From NCBI GenBank assembly GCA_038326325.1, contig JBBQJW010000017.1:2009-66008 (forward strand): a stretch of 64,000 nucleotides of DNA. Direction: 5' to 3'. The first letter of the stretch is position 1; the number at the start of each line of letters is the position of its first letter. Both the position numbers and the translations under genes were made by a program. Under the pieces are notes generated by a model, which saw only the letters and a list, made by a program, of their open reading frames with translations, made no database searches and was not told the DNA's origin. Origin of the DNA: Chitinophagales bacterium. Its GTDB lineage: Bacteria > Bacteroidota > Bacteroidia > Chitinophagales > UBA10324. Below, piece after piece: positions 9,529-18,760 of this stretch.

Positions 9529-10863
9529 TTACAGGTATTCCTTAATCATATTCTGAATTTCAGCGGAAGAAAATTTCTCTTCGAGATTTTCAATCTGAAA
9601 AAGTTTCTCGAGCAATTCGTCGTGATGCTTTCCGATTCGCATGGCTTCGGAATACGGAATGTGCGTGAACGAAACCATGGAGTAAGCCGGAATAAATTTT
9701 TCGGGAAACGCAACGGCAATCATTTTCTCGATTTGCTTTTTGCGTAGGAATTTTTTGTCGGCGACGAGGTCGCGCATCTCCACAAAATTGTTGAGCGCCA
9801 TATCACAAATGGCGTCGGCGTTTATTTTTCGCGCCTGCTGATAGAGCGGCAGAATGGTGTTCCAGTCGTCGGTGTAACGGTACATGAGTTCGCCGAGTGC
9901 GGTGCAGTCTTCGAAACCGCAATTCATTCCCTGCCCGAAAAACGGAACCACGGCGTGCGCTGCGTCGCCGATGAGCGCCGCTTTGTTTTTGTAAACCCAC
10001 GGATAACATTTCACATACACGAGCGACGAAGTGGGGTTGCTGAAAAAATCTTTTTTGTATGAAGGCATCATCGTCACGGCATCTGGAAAATATTTAGTGA
10101 AAAATTTTTCTGCTTCGTCTTCCGTTTTAATCGTGGCGAAAGATTCTTCTCCTTCGTTGTGAAAAAATAAAGTGCAGGTAAAACTTCCATCCATGTTGGG
10201 CAACGCGATGAGCATGAAATTTTTTCGCGGCCAGATGTGCAGCGCGTTTTTCTCCATCAGGAATTCGCCGTTCTCTCCGGCGGGAATATGCAGTTCTTTA
10301 TAACTGTGTTCGATGTAGGTCTGCGAATAATCGAAGCGATCTGTCTTGAGCATGGAGCTTCGCAACGCGGAGAAAGCGCCGTCGGCTCCGAAAATCAATT
10401 CCGAATTTTTTGTCGTGCGTTGATTGGTGTTGTGGTCTTCGAAAATCATTTCGCCTTTTTCGAGATTCACTTCGTCGCAGCGGTGATTGAAATAAATTTT
10501 TACTCCGGATTGTCTCTCCGCCAAATCCATCATGGCCATGTTGAGTCCACCACGCGACACGGAATAAATCGCCTGTCCTTCTTTTCCATAAGGTTGAAAT
10601 GAAAGTGTGCCGTCGGTGTTGTGCACCATTCTTCCATTCATAGGAATAGCGACTTTGCGAATCTCTTCTTCGAGTCCGGCACCAATCAATCCTTTCCATC
10701 CTCTGTCGCTGAGTGCGAGATTGATGGAACGACCGGCACTGATTTTTTCTGTGCGCATATCGGGGCGACGCTCATAAATGTCAACCTTGTATCCGCGCTT
10801 CGCGAGATAAACCGAGAGCAGCGAACCGACTAACCCCGCTCCGAGAATTGTTGCTTGTTTCAT
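9529..10863 (-). CDS. kmo: kynurenine 3-monooxygenase (FAD-dependent)
   Basis: Has the GAGLVGSLLSVYLAKRGY FAD fold, the DALIGDAAHAVVPFFGQGMN motif, and the right length and context next to kynU. Confidence 0.9.
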   Translation of the reverse strand: MKQATILGAGLVGSLLSVYLAKRGYKVDIYERRPDMRTEKISAGRSINLALSDRGWKGLIGAGLEEEIRKVAIPMNGRMVHNTDGTLSFQPYGKEGQAIYSVSRGGLNMAMMDLAERQSGVKIYFNHRCDEVNLEKGEMIFEDHNTNQRTTKNSELIFGADGAFSALRSSMLKTDRFDYSQTYIEHSYKELHIPAGENGEFLMEKNALHIWPRKNFMLIALPNMDGSFTCTLFFHNEGEESFATIKTEDEAEKFFTKYFPDAVTMMPSYKKDFFSNPTSSLVYVKCYPWVYKNKAALIGDAAHAVVPFFGQGMNCGFEDCTALGELMYRYTDDWNTILPLYQQARKINADAICDMALNNFVEMRDLVADKKFLRKKQIEKMIAVAFPEKFIPAYSMVSFTHIPYSEAMRIGKHHDELLEKLFQIENLEEKFSSAEIQNMIKEYL

Positions 10864-10867
10864 ATAA

Positions 10868-10896
10868 TAGAACGCTGATTTAACTGATAGGTCATG
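10868..10896. repeat. left arm of the 29-bp inverted repeat enclosing the GxxExxY gene
   Basis: TAGAACGCTGATTTAACTGATAGGTCATG matches the reverse complement of 11347-11375 at 28 of 29 positions. Confidence 0.9.
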
Positions 10897-10926
10897 ATTT
10901 AAAATGATTTCTTCTTGAAGAAAATT

Positions 10927-11349
10927 TTATGATGATTCATGATTTTTAAATTCGTTTGAAAAAACTTTTCTTTTGAATTGAGGTGTCTTACCAAAATTCA
11001 AAAGCATTCCCACTTCAGTATTGGTAGCTCTCAAATAATTTAAAAGTTGTGCTTCGTGCTCGTCGATAATTCCTTCCGCGGCTTTTATTTCTATAATGAC
11101 AGAATCATTCACAACAATATCCGCAAAATAATTTCCGACCGATTCTTCATTGTAGAAAACTTCAATGGGTTGTTGTCTTACACAAGTCAATCCTAATTTT
11201 CTCAGTTCAATCAATAAAGCATTTTCATAAACCTTCTCAAGAAATCCATAACCTAATTTATTATAAACATTATAGAATCCTTTAATAATCACTGAAGTTA
11301 TTTCAGAGTGCTTGTATTCATCAAGAATGTATTTATCAGTATTTATCAT
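10927..11349 (-). CDS. GxxExxY protein (PD-(D/E)XK-like family often found in 23S rRNA intervening sequences)
   Basis: Has the GYGFLEKVYENAL (GxxExxY) motif and ADIVVNDSVIIEIKA, in a 140-aa ORF. Confidence 0.85.
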   Translation of the reverse strand: MINTDKYILDEYKHSEITSVIIKGFYNVYNKLGYGFLEKVYENALLIELRKLGLTCVRQQPIEVFYNEESVGNYFADIVVNDSVIIEIKAAEGIIDEHEAQLLNYLRATNTEVGMLLNFGKTPQFKRKVFSNEFKNHESS

Positions 11350-11375
11350 GACCTATCAGCTAAATCAGCGTTCTA
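11347..11375. repeat. right arm of the 29-bp inverted repeat enclosing the GxxExxY gene
   Basis: CATGACCTATCAGCTAAATCAGCGTTCTA. It contains the GxxExxY start codon and the kynU stop codon. Confidence 0.9.
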
Positions 11376-12639
11376 TCTTTTCCAGAACATCTCCCACTCG
11401 ATAAACATCTTCAAACGAATTATACAATGGTATAGGCGACATGCGAATAACATTTGGTTCGCGCCAATCGGCGATTACTCCGTGTGAGGCGAGTTGCTCG
11501 AAAATTTTCTTTCCATCTTTTTTCGCGATGAGCGATAATTGACACCCGCGTTCAGAACTGTTTTTTGGCGTGATGATTTTTAATTCGTGCTCAGGATATT
11601 TCTGATTGAAATGGTTAAGTATAAATTCTAAGTAAGTTGTTAGTTGTTGGCTTTTAGTAATTAGTTTTTGAATCCCCGCTTCCGAAAAAATTTCCAATGA
11701 TGCTCTGTGAATTGCCATTGCGAAAACAGGCGCATTACTCACCTGCCATGCGCCTGCTCCTGCCTGCGGATGAAATCCTTTCTTCATTTGAAACCGAGTG
11801 GTCTCATCATTTCCCCACCAGCCAGCGAAGCGTGGTAAATCATTTTTACCACTGTGTTTTTCGTGAACGAAAATTCCGCCTACTCCTCCGGCGCCACTGT
11901 TCAGATATTTATAAGAACACCAGCAAGCGAAATCAATATTCCAGTCGTGTAGTTTCAAGTCAACATTTCCGGCGGCGTGCGCCAAATCAAAACCGACTGT
12001 TACACCGGTTTCGTGACCGGCTTCGGTAATTTTTTTCAAGTCGAAATATTGTCCGCTGAGGTAATTGACTCCTCCGAATAAAATCAACGCGAGTTCATTT
12101 TTATTTTTTTCTATCTGTTCGAGAATGTCTTCTGTTCGAAGCGTGAATTCATTTTCTCTTGGAGAAATTTCAATGATGTCTATTTCAGGATTTCCGCCAT
12201 GAAATTTCACCTGGGTTTCAATCGCGTATTGATCTGATGGAAAAGCGTTCGCTTCCATCATGATTTTTTTTCTCTTTCCTTCCGGACGAAAAAAAGAAAC
12301 CATGAGCATGTGAAGATTCGCCGTAAGTGAATTCATCGCTACTACTTCTTCTTCCTTCGCCCCCACAATTTCCGCCAATTGTTTTCTTCCGAAATGATGA
12401 TAAGGAAACCACGGATTCTTGGCGTCGAAGTGTCCCTCCACACCGAGTTTTTCCCAATCCAAAAATTCCTGCTCAACAAAACTTCTCGCGCTCTTCGGTA
12501 AAAGCCCGAGTGAATTTCCGCAGAGATAAACTGCATCGTTTCCATTGTGTTTAGGAATGTGAAACCGCTCACGGAATTTTTTCAGCGTGTCGGCTTCATC
12601 CAATTGCCGTGCGAAGGATAAACTGTTTTCGAATTTCAT
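11365..12639 (-). CDS. kynU: kynureninase (PLP-dependent)
   Basis: The 424-aa ORF has CGNSLGL, FDLAHA.GN and WCSYKYLN.G.G motifs. Confidence 0.9.
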   Translation of the reverse strand: MKFENSLSFARQLDEADTLKKFRERFHIPKHNGNDAVYLCGNSLGLLPKSARSFVEQEFLDWEKLGVEGHFDAKNPWFPYHHFGRKQLAEIVGAKEEEVVAMNSLTANLHMLMVSFFRPEGKRKKIMMEANAFPSDQYAIETQVKFHGGNPEIDIIEISPRENEFTLRTEDILEQIEKNKNELALILFGGVNYLSGQYFDLKKITEAGHETGVTVGFDLAHAAGNVDLKLHDWNIDFACWCSYKYLNSGAGGVGGIFVHEKHSGKNDLPRFAGWWGNDETTRFQMKKGFHPQAGAGAWQVSNAPVFAMAIHRASLEIFSEAGIQKLITKSQQLTTYLEFILNHFNQKYPEHELKIITPKNSSERGCQLSLIAKKDGKKIFEQLASHGVIADWREPNVIRMSPIPLYNSFEDVYRVGDVLEKIER

Positions 12640-12751
12640 TTTTAAAAACTAATGGGCGAAAGATAAAAGGAAGAAGTTCGATTGAAAACGAGAAATGTTT
12701 TTCTCGCTGAAACATCGTCCGTTTTTCTCCGTGGCTCGTAATAACGGCGGC

Positions 12752-13774
12752 ATGGCATTACACGGTAAAATAATTTTTCGCGCTGATGGCGGGCCGAACC
12801 TCGGAATGAATCATTTGGTTCGTTGTGCAGCTTTAGCGGAAATGTTGCGCGAGCATTATGAATGCGTGCTGACGATTCGCTCTCCTAATCCGACCGCCTT
12901 GCAAATCATTGAAGGAGTTTTTCATTCCATTATTCCTTTGACCGTTACAGACCATTTTGATGGCGACGAATTGATTCCGCATTTACACGAAGGTGATATA
13001 GTGGTGATGGATGGGTTTCAATTTCACACCGCTTATCAGCAAAAAATTCACGCGAACAATAAACTTATTTGCATCGACGATTTGCACCAACATCATTTTG
13101 TCGCCGATGCCATTATTAATCACGCCGAAGGAATTTTGCCCGCTGATTATTCAACGGAAGAGTACACGCGTTTTTATCTCGGTTCTCGATACGCGATGAT
13201 TCGCGAACCATTTATTAACGCCACTCCGGAAAATCATGATTCGCAAAAATCAAATCGAGCGATGATTTGTATTGGAGGAAATGATATTCATAACACGACA
13301 TTAAAAGTGTTACAGTCATTAATTGACACAAAAACCGTAAATGAAATTGAATTGGTGGTGGGCAAACTAAATCCCAATCTCGATCTGATTAATGAATTTA
13401 TTCATTCGCAAAAGGAAATGAAAATTATGTTGTGTATGAATCTTCCAGTAAGTGAATTGTGCGATCTCATGAAGACTTCGCGGGTAATGATTTGTTCGGC
13501 GAATAATATTCTGCTCGAAGCGTGCGCGGCGGGTATGAAAATTATTTCAGGAATTACGCACGACGCTCAGCAAGGAGTGTTACAGGGGTTGGTCGCGAAA
13601 GGCGCGGTGAATAGTTGCGGAAATTTTTTAACCGCCTCGCCCGAAGAATTAAAATCGCGCTTCGAATTATTTCTGAATAACGATACTCATACTGTTACAC
13701 AACAGACCGCGCAACGCGAATTGATTGACGGGCTTTCGCCTGAAAGGTTGTTCGAGATATTCAGTAAGTTGTAA
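12752..13774 (+). CDS. PseG-like UDP-sugar hydrolase / GT28-type glycosyltransferase family protein
   Basis: The N-terminus IIFRADGGPNLGMNHLVRCAALAEML resembles PseG. The start is moved to the ATG at 12752. Confidence 0.45.
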   Translation: MALHGKIIFRADGGPNLGMNHLVRCAALAEMLREHYECVLTIRSPNPTALQIIEGVFHSIIPLTVTDHFDGDELIPHLHEGDIVVMDGFQFHTAYQQKIHANNKLICIDDLHQHHFVADAIINHAEGILPADYSTEEYTRFYLGSRYAMIREPFINATPENHDSQKSNRAMICIGGNDIHNTTLKVLQSLIDTKTVNEIELVVGKLNPNLDLINEFIHSQKEMKIMLCMNLPVSELCDLMKTSRVMICSANNILLEACAAGMKIISGITHDAQQGVLQGLVAKGAVNSCGNFLTASPEELKSRFELFLNNDTHTVTQQTAQRELIDGLSPERLFEIFSKL

Positions 13775-13823
13775 AACTTATTTCAAGAAAGAATTTATTT
13801 TGTCTTTCTAAAATTTCACACCT

Positions 13824-14594
13824 GTGGGTTTATTTGATTTTCTAAAAAAGAAAGAAGCAAAAGAAGAAAGCTCTATGATGAATGTTTCTTCAAATATTGT
13901 CAAAGAGGAAAAACTTATTTCATCTTTATATACAAGATACAAAGCAGGAGATGTAAACTCTGAGTATATCAATGAATTAATTTTTGAAAATGAGGGAGAA
14001 AAAAATAGTTTGATAAATGAAGTCAGGACACATCTTGAAAAATTAAAACAGGAAGATATTCTTTTCGGTCTCTCAGATATTATTTCGCAGCGCGATGAGT
14101 TTGATTCTTATCATCTCCTAACATGGATTAGATTCAGTGTTTTAGAGACTGATGGAAAAATTTCACTCTCCAATCCTGAGATTCAAAATTTTGGGTTACA
14201 AAACATAAAAAGCTCTTCAGATTTTTTCATTGATAGAATTAATCGAAAAATTGATTTGGGGAGAAGTGATTTTGAAAACGACATTGAAACTACATTAAAG
14301 ATTATTCGTTCTGATATTCACGAAGACCATTCCTATTTAAGGATAAGCGGCTACTTTAATATCGGACAAATTTATTTTAACCTAAAAAACAATAATAAGG
14401 CTGAGGAGTTTTTTAATCTCCTGAAAACAGAAAAATCCTCACTTGCTCCCTCAACTGTCGCTGAGTTTTGTAAAGAAATTGGAATTTTATATCAAACAAT
14501 AAATGATAAATCAAAAGCGCTTGACTGGTTTAATTATGGTTTGACTTTAAATCCAAAATTGTCTGTAAAAAAAATTATTAAATCTTTGGAATAA
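13824..14594 (+). CDS. hypothetical protein with a C-terminal TPR-like repeat
   Basis: GTG-start ORF that is AT-rich. The C-terminus (GQIYFNLKNNNKAEEFF...ALDWFNYGLTLNP) is TPR-like. Confidence 0.5.
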   Translation: MGLFDFLKKKEAKEESSMMNVSSNIVKEEKLISSLYTRYKAGDVNSEYINELIFENEGEKNSLINEVRTHLEKLKQEDILFGLSDIISQRDEFDSYHLLTWIRFSVLETDGKISLSNPEIQNFGLQNIKSSSDFFIDRINRKIDLGRSDFENDIETTLKIIRSDIHEDHSYLRISGYFNIGQIYFNLKNNNKAEEFFNLLKTEKSSLAPSTVAEFCKEIGILYQTINDKSKALDWFNYGLTLNPKLSVKKIIKSLE

Positions 14595-14614
14595 ATTTAT
14601 TGAGTCCCAAATAC

Positions 14615-15613
14615 CTATGAGAAAAATTTTCTTAGTTGGGATTGCTTAATGTCAATTGCATTTTTCGTCATCCTGTAGTAAAGTGAATTTAACGCTATTG
14701 AAATTTTCCTAAAATCGGTTTCATTGTATCTATATCCGACTATAATTGATTCTAAATTTATTTTAGGATATGCGGTAGATTTTATTGTATCTCGAATTTC
14801 CTCATTTATATTTTCGTGAAAACCAAAGTTTAAATAGAGTTTAGTTTTGGGACGAAGTTCATATTCATTAGATAGGGAATAGTTGTTTGAATTATTATAC
14901 TCATCAAAATAAAGCACCCGCACTTCTGACTCTGATTGGTAAATTCCTTTTTTAATAAAAGAGTAAACTCTCATAAGAATTAATTCTTTATTGTTTACTT
15001 GAAAATTATTTTCCTGCTCAAAATTTTTAATTTCAGAGATAAAAGTTTCATATAGAGATTTTATTTGTTTATGTTTTTCCTGCCCCTCATATATAATATT
15101 TGAAAGAAAATAATTGTACCAACTTTCAAAATGTTCTGGTTCAATTTTAAATACCAATCCAACTCCTTTTCCATTCTCCCCATAAAATCTCCAATTATCA
15201 AAGTGCATTTCTTCACTATCAACATACTCACAAAAAGATATTTGAAAAAATTGATGCTTATATCCTTCAATATTTTCCTTTAATATTCCTGCTAAGTCAA
15301 AAGCTCCAGAAGAAAATTCGTTAGGATCATCTAACATTGATAAATTACTTAAATACAGAAAGCCACTATTTAAAATTTCAACTGCGTTTTTTAATGAGGT
15401 AAAATGAATTAATTTGAATTCGCCATCATAATACAACGAAGTATCTTTAAGAATTACCTGGCGAGGATTATTGACTGAAAAATTATTCGGGACATCAGCA
15501 TAACTTGCTGAAGATTGGCTTATCCAAAAGTTGGGCAAGATTTTTCTAATCTTTTCCTCTAATGATTTTTTTGCTTTTTCAATAATTAAATCATCACTTT
15601 CTTCCTTATGCAT
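14615..15613 (-). CDS. DUF2971 family protein
   Basis: LIHFTSLKNAVEILNSGFLYLSNLSMLDDPNEF matches the DUF2971 signature as I remember it. The gene is very AT-rich. Confidence 0.55.
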   Translation of the reverse strand: MHKEESDDLIIEKAKKSLEEKIRKILPNFWISQSSASYADVPNNFSVNNPRQVILKDTSLYYDGEFKLIHFTSLKNAVEILNSGFLYLSNLSMLDDPNEFSSGAFDLAGILKENIEGYKHQFFQISFCEYVDSEEMHFDNWRFYGENGKGVGLVFKIEPEHFESWYNYFLSNIIYEGQEKHKQIKSLYETFISEIKNFEQENNFQVNNKELILMRVYSFIKKGIYQSESEVRVLYFDEYNNSNNYSLSNEYELRPKTKLYLNFGFHENINEEIRDTIKSTAYPKINLESIIVGYRYNETDFRKISIALNSLYYRMTKNAIDIKQSQLRKFFS

Positions 15614-15772
15614 TAATTTTTAATTTCTTCTCAACAAATAAACTAAAAATAATTTTCTCATTAAGTCAAGAAGAAATGTAGAGAATGTTTTTCTTAGAAA
15701 AAAAGAATTTCCTATCCACAATTTGAAATCTGTAATCTATTTCAATCTTTGCGCACGAATTAAAAATCATTC

Positions 15773-16708
15773 ATGTCAGAATCAACACTTACCATAGTCG
15801 GAACCGTAGCGTTCGACGCCATTGAAACTCCTTTTGGAAAAACAGACAAAATCATTGGCGGCGCCGCCACTTATATTTCTCTCGCGGCCTCGTATTTCAA
15901 TACAAAAATTAACATGATTTCTGTTGTCGGCGGCGATTTTCCGAAGCAACAGATTTTCGCGATGAATGAAAAGGGAATCAATACCGATGGATTGCAGATA
16001 AAAGAAAATGAAAAATCTTTTTTCTGGAGCGGCAAGTATCACCTGGACATGAACACGCGCGACACGCTCATTACTGATTTGAATGTACTCGCAAGTTTCG
16101 ACCCGATAGTACCTGATGCTTATCAGAACACTGACTTTCTAATGCTCGGAAATCTTGTTCCCGCCATTCAACGCACAGTGTTACAGCGTTTGAAAAAACG
16201 CCCGCGCTTAGTGGTGATGGATACTATGAATTTCTGGATGGAAACTGCTAAGGCAGATCTTGATGAAATGATTAAGATGGTTGATGTGTTAACCGTCAAT
16301 GATGCGGAAGCGAGAGAATTATCCGGCGAATATTCATTGGTGAAGGCGGCGAAAAAAATCATGGCAATGGGACCGCGTTACCTGATTATAAAAAAGGGAG
16401 AACACGGCGCGTTGCTGTTCCATGAGAACAATGTGTTTTTCGCCCCCGCTCTTCCGCTCGAAGAAGTGTTCGACCCGACCGGAGCTGGTGACGCGTTCGC
16501 AGGAGGATTTATCGGATACCTCGCGCAGAGCAGCGACATATCTTTTGAAAGCATGAAGCGCGCGATTATTTATGGTTCAGCGTTGGCTTCGTTCACGGTG
16601 GAAAAATTCGGTACCGAGCGATTGATGAATCTCGGTCACGACGAAATCGAAAACCGCATTCAGGAGTTTGTTGACCTGGTGCAGTTTGATATTTCATTGG
16701 TGGACTAA
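15773..16708 (+). CDS. PfkB family carbohydrate kinase
   Basis: GGAA.Y, the DPTGAGDAFAGGFIGYL ATP/anion-hole motif, and a 311-aa length. Confidence 0.85.
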   Translation: MSESTLTIVGTVAFDAIETPFGKTDKIIGGAATYISLAASYFNTKINMISVVGGDFPKQQIFAMNEKGINTDGLQIKENEKSFFWSGKYHLDMNTRDTLITDLNVLASFDPIVPDAYQNTDFLMLGNLVPAIQRTVLQRLKKRPRLVVMDTMNFWMETAKADLDEMIKMVDVLTVNDAEARELSGEYSLVKAAKKIMAMGPRYLIIKKGEHGALLFHENNVFFAPALPLEEVFDPTGAGDAFAGGFIGYLAQSSDISFESMKRAIIYGSALASFTVEKFGTERLMNLGHDEIENRIQEFVDLVQFDISLVD

Positions 16709-16799
16709 TCTCTGGTTTCGGGCTATGAGTTTGTTGTTTCAGATTAGAAAAAGTTAGTGTAACAGTATATAAAAATTAATCGGGCAAAAAACAAAACCA

Positions 16800-18308
16800 A
16801 TGCATTTGTTGCCCTCTATAAAAAAGAATTTTTGGGGAAGCAGAATCAGCAGCGCCATCTGTCTGTTACTTTTATTGCTGCTTGTTATTTCTCACCTGCC
16901 TTTTTTATCTGCCGATGCTCAACAGTGTGTTCCGTTCGAGAGTCGCGGTTCGTGGTCTGACGAGGGGATTTATACAATTCAAATCAGAAATTTTATAAAT
17001 CACGGTTCGTTCAGTGCAACTGAAAATGATGCGTTTTTAAAGTCGCCATTGTTGTCTGCTTTTTTAATTGTTCCTTTTTATTTAGCCGGAACAGAAATGG
17101 AAATTGCAAGATTTTCAGTGCTTGCAACTGTTACACTTTCCTTATTATTATTCTTTTTCAATAAATCGTTTCGACTAGTTGGTGCTCTTCTGATACTTAC
17201 AACATTGTTGTCTTTTCCAGTGTATCAGTATTCTCACCTTTCGCTTGCAGAACTGTGTTCGTGTTCTTTGATTTTAATTGCTGCTTTGCTATTCGTCCGA
17301 TTCCTGGAAACAGAAAAATTATTTTTTCTTCGAATGACTGTAATTCTTTTATCGCTTGCGGTTTTGTTCAAGCTGCAATTCCTCTATGTGTTGCTGATTC
17401 CATCGCTTTGCATTTTTGTTCAAAATATTTTAGAAAGAAAAATAATTGTCAGCAAACAGTTTCTGATTTCGGTTGGATATGTGTTTGGAATTCTGATTTT
17501 GTTTTTTGTTGGGTGGTATCTGCCGTTTAAAAATTCACTCGCACAACTTGCCGGAGTTCAATCAGGAAAACTTTCAATCGAAAACATTTCTGTAAATAGT
17601 TTCAAATACAATCTCGAAGCTTATTTTTTCAGCTCGCGAAATATTTTGTTTACTGCATGTTTCCTTCTTTCAGTATTAATTGCTGTAACAGAATTTATTT
17701 CAAAGAAAATTCCACCGCACTTCTCCGCGCTGCTATTGTTTTCTTTTTTCTGGTTTGTGCTGGAGTCCCATAAATTGCCAATGAATTATTTACCAATTCG
17801 CTACCTTATCAGTTTTTATTTTTCAATGGGGGTTTTTACTTCTGTTGTTTTTGCGCACTTGCTTTCTTCAAAACAATTTCTTGTTTTAAAGTTGAGTGTG
17901 ACGCTTATTGTTTTTCTTTTGTTTGGAAATAATTTAATCTGTTACACCCGTGCTTTTCAAAACAGAACTTATACAATTTCAAATCTCAATCGATATTTCG
18001 CTTCTCAAAATTTAGAAAGCAAAGTTGTTATTGGAAACTGGGCTGCCGGGCTTACATGGAAATCTAAGAGTTTATCATATCCTGTAATTAACGGTTTGTT
18101 GGCTGGAGGAAATCCTTTTCAAGAATATAAACCGACAATTGTTGTAAGCGAACCCGATGAAGATGAATCTGGAAAAGCATTCAATGCTGCTGGAATTAAT
18201 CTGAACGAACTTGCTGATTCGGTGAGGCAAACAAAAATCGCTAACTGGAATATTAATATCTACTGGATGAATCAGGAAAAAATGAATGCGGCTTATCCTG
18301 AAAAATAA
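16800..18308 (+). CDS. polytopic membrane protein, GT39/ArnT-like glycosyltransferase fold (tentative)
   Basis: More than 10 predicted hydrophobic helices with a soluble C-terminus. No strong motif. Confidence 0.4.
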   Translation: MHLLPSIKKNFWGSRISSAICLLLLLLLVISHLPFLSADAQQCVPFESRGSWSDEGIYTIQIRNFINHGSFSATENDAFLKSPLLSAFLIVPFYLAGTEMEIARFSVLATVTLSLLLFFFNKSFRLVGALLILTTLLSFPVYQYSHLSLAELCSCSLILIAALLFVRFLETEKLFFLRMTVILLSLAVLFKLQFLYVLLIPSLCIFVQNILERKIIVSKQFLISVGYVFGILILFFVGWYLPFKNSLAQLAGVQSGKLSIENISVNSFKYNLEAYFFSSRNILFTACFLLSVLIAVTEFISKKIPPHFSALLLFSFFWFVLESHKLPMNYLPIRYLISFYFSMGVFTSVVFAHLLSSKQFLVLKLSVTLIVFLLFGNNLICYTRAFQNRTYTISNLNRYFASQNLESKVVIGNWAAGLTWKSKSLSYPVINGLLAGGNPFQEYKPTIVVSEPDEDESGKAFNAAGINLNELADSVRQTKIANWNINIYWMNQEKMNAAYPEK

Positions 18309-18482
18309 TTCTGATAAAAATTTGCAGGTGTAACAGTTTGGGATCTTCGCCTGATTTTTTCAAAACCCATTTTATTCACGATAAAAAATTTCTCTTTCAG
18401 AACCGATATTCTTCAGATTAGAATTTTTCACATACTCGCGGCGATGTATTGTCGTTAATCATTCTGATTAAAAATGTGAGTC

Positions 18483-18707
18483 ATGAAAAAGAAAAATGAA
18501 GAACACAAATGGAGGTCGGAAGTAAAAACCCTGCTCACCTCCCTTGAAGAGGAAATAAACTCCGCGTCAAAAAATTATTCAATCACCGAAATAGAAAATT
18601 TTATAAATAACCGGGAAGAATTTTTTGAGCAGCTAAAAGAAATTGATGCACTGCTCCTATCTTGGCTACGCGATCTTGTATTTTGGGATCGGGTTTATAA
18701 AAATTAG
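18483..18707 (+). CDS. small hypothetical protein
   Basis: A 74-aa ORF with charged helical composition. No family recognised. Confidence 0.3.
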   Translation: MKKKNEEHKWRSEVKTLLTSLEEEINSASKNYSITEIENFINNREEFFEQLKEIDALLLSWLRDLVFWDRVYKN

Positions 18708-18760
18708 CTTGAATCTCAGGGGATAACAGATTTCCCTTTGGTTTTTTATATAGTGAAAAA

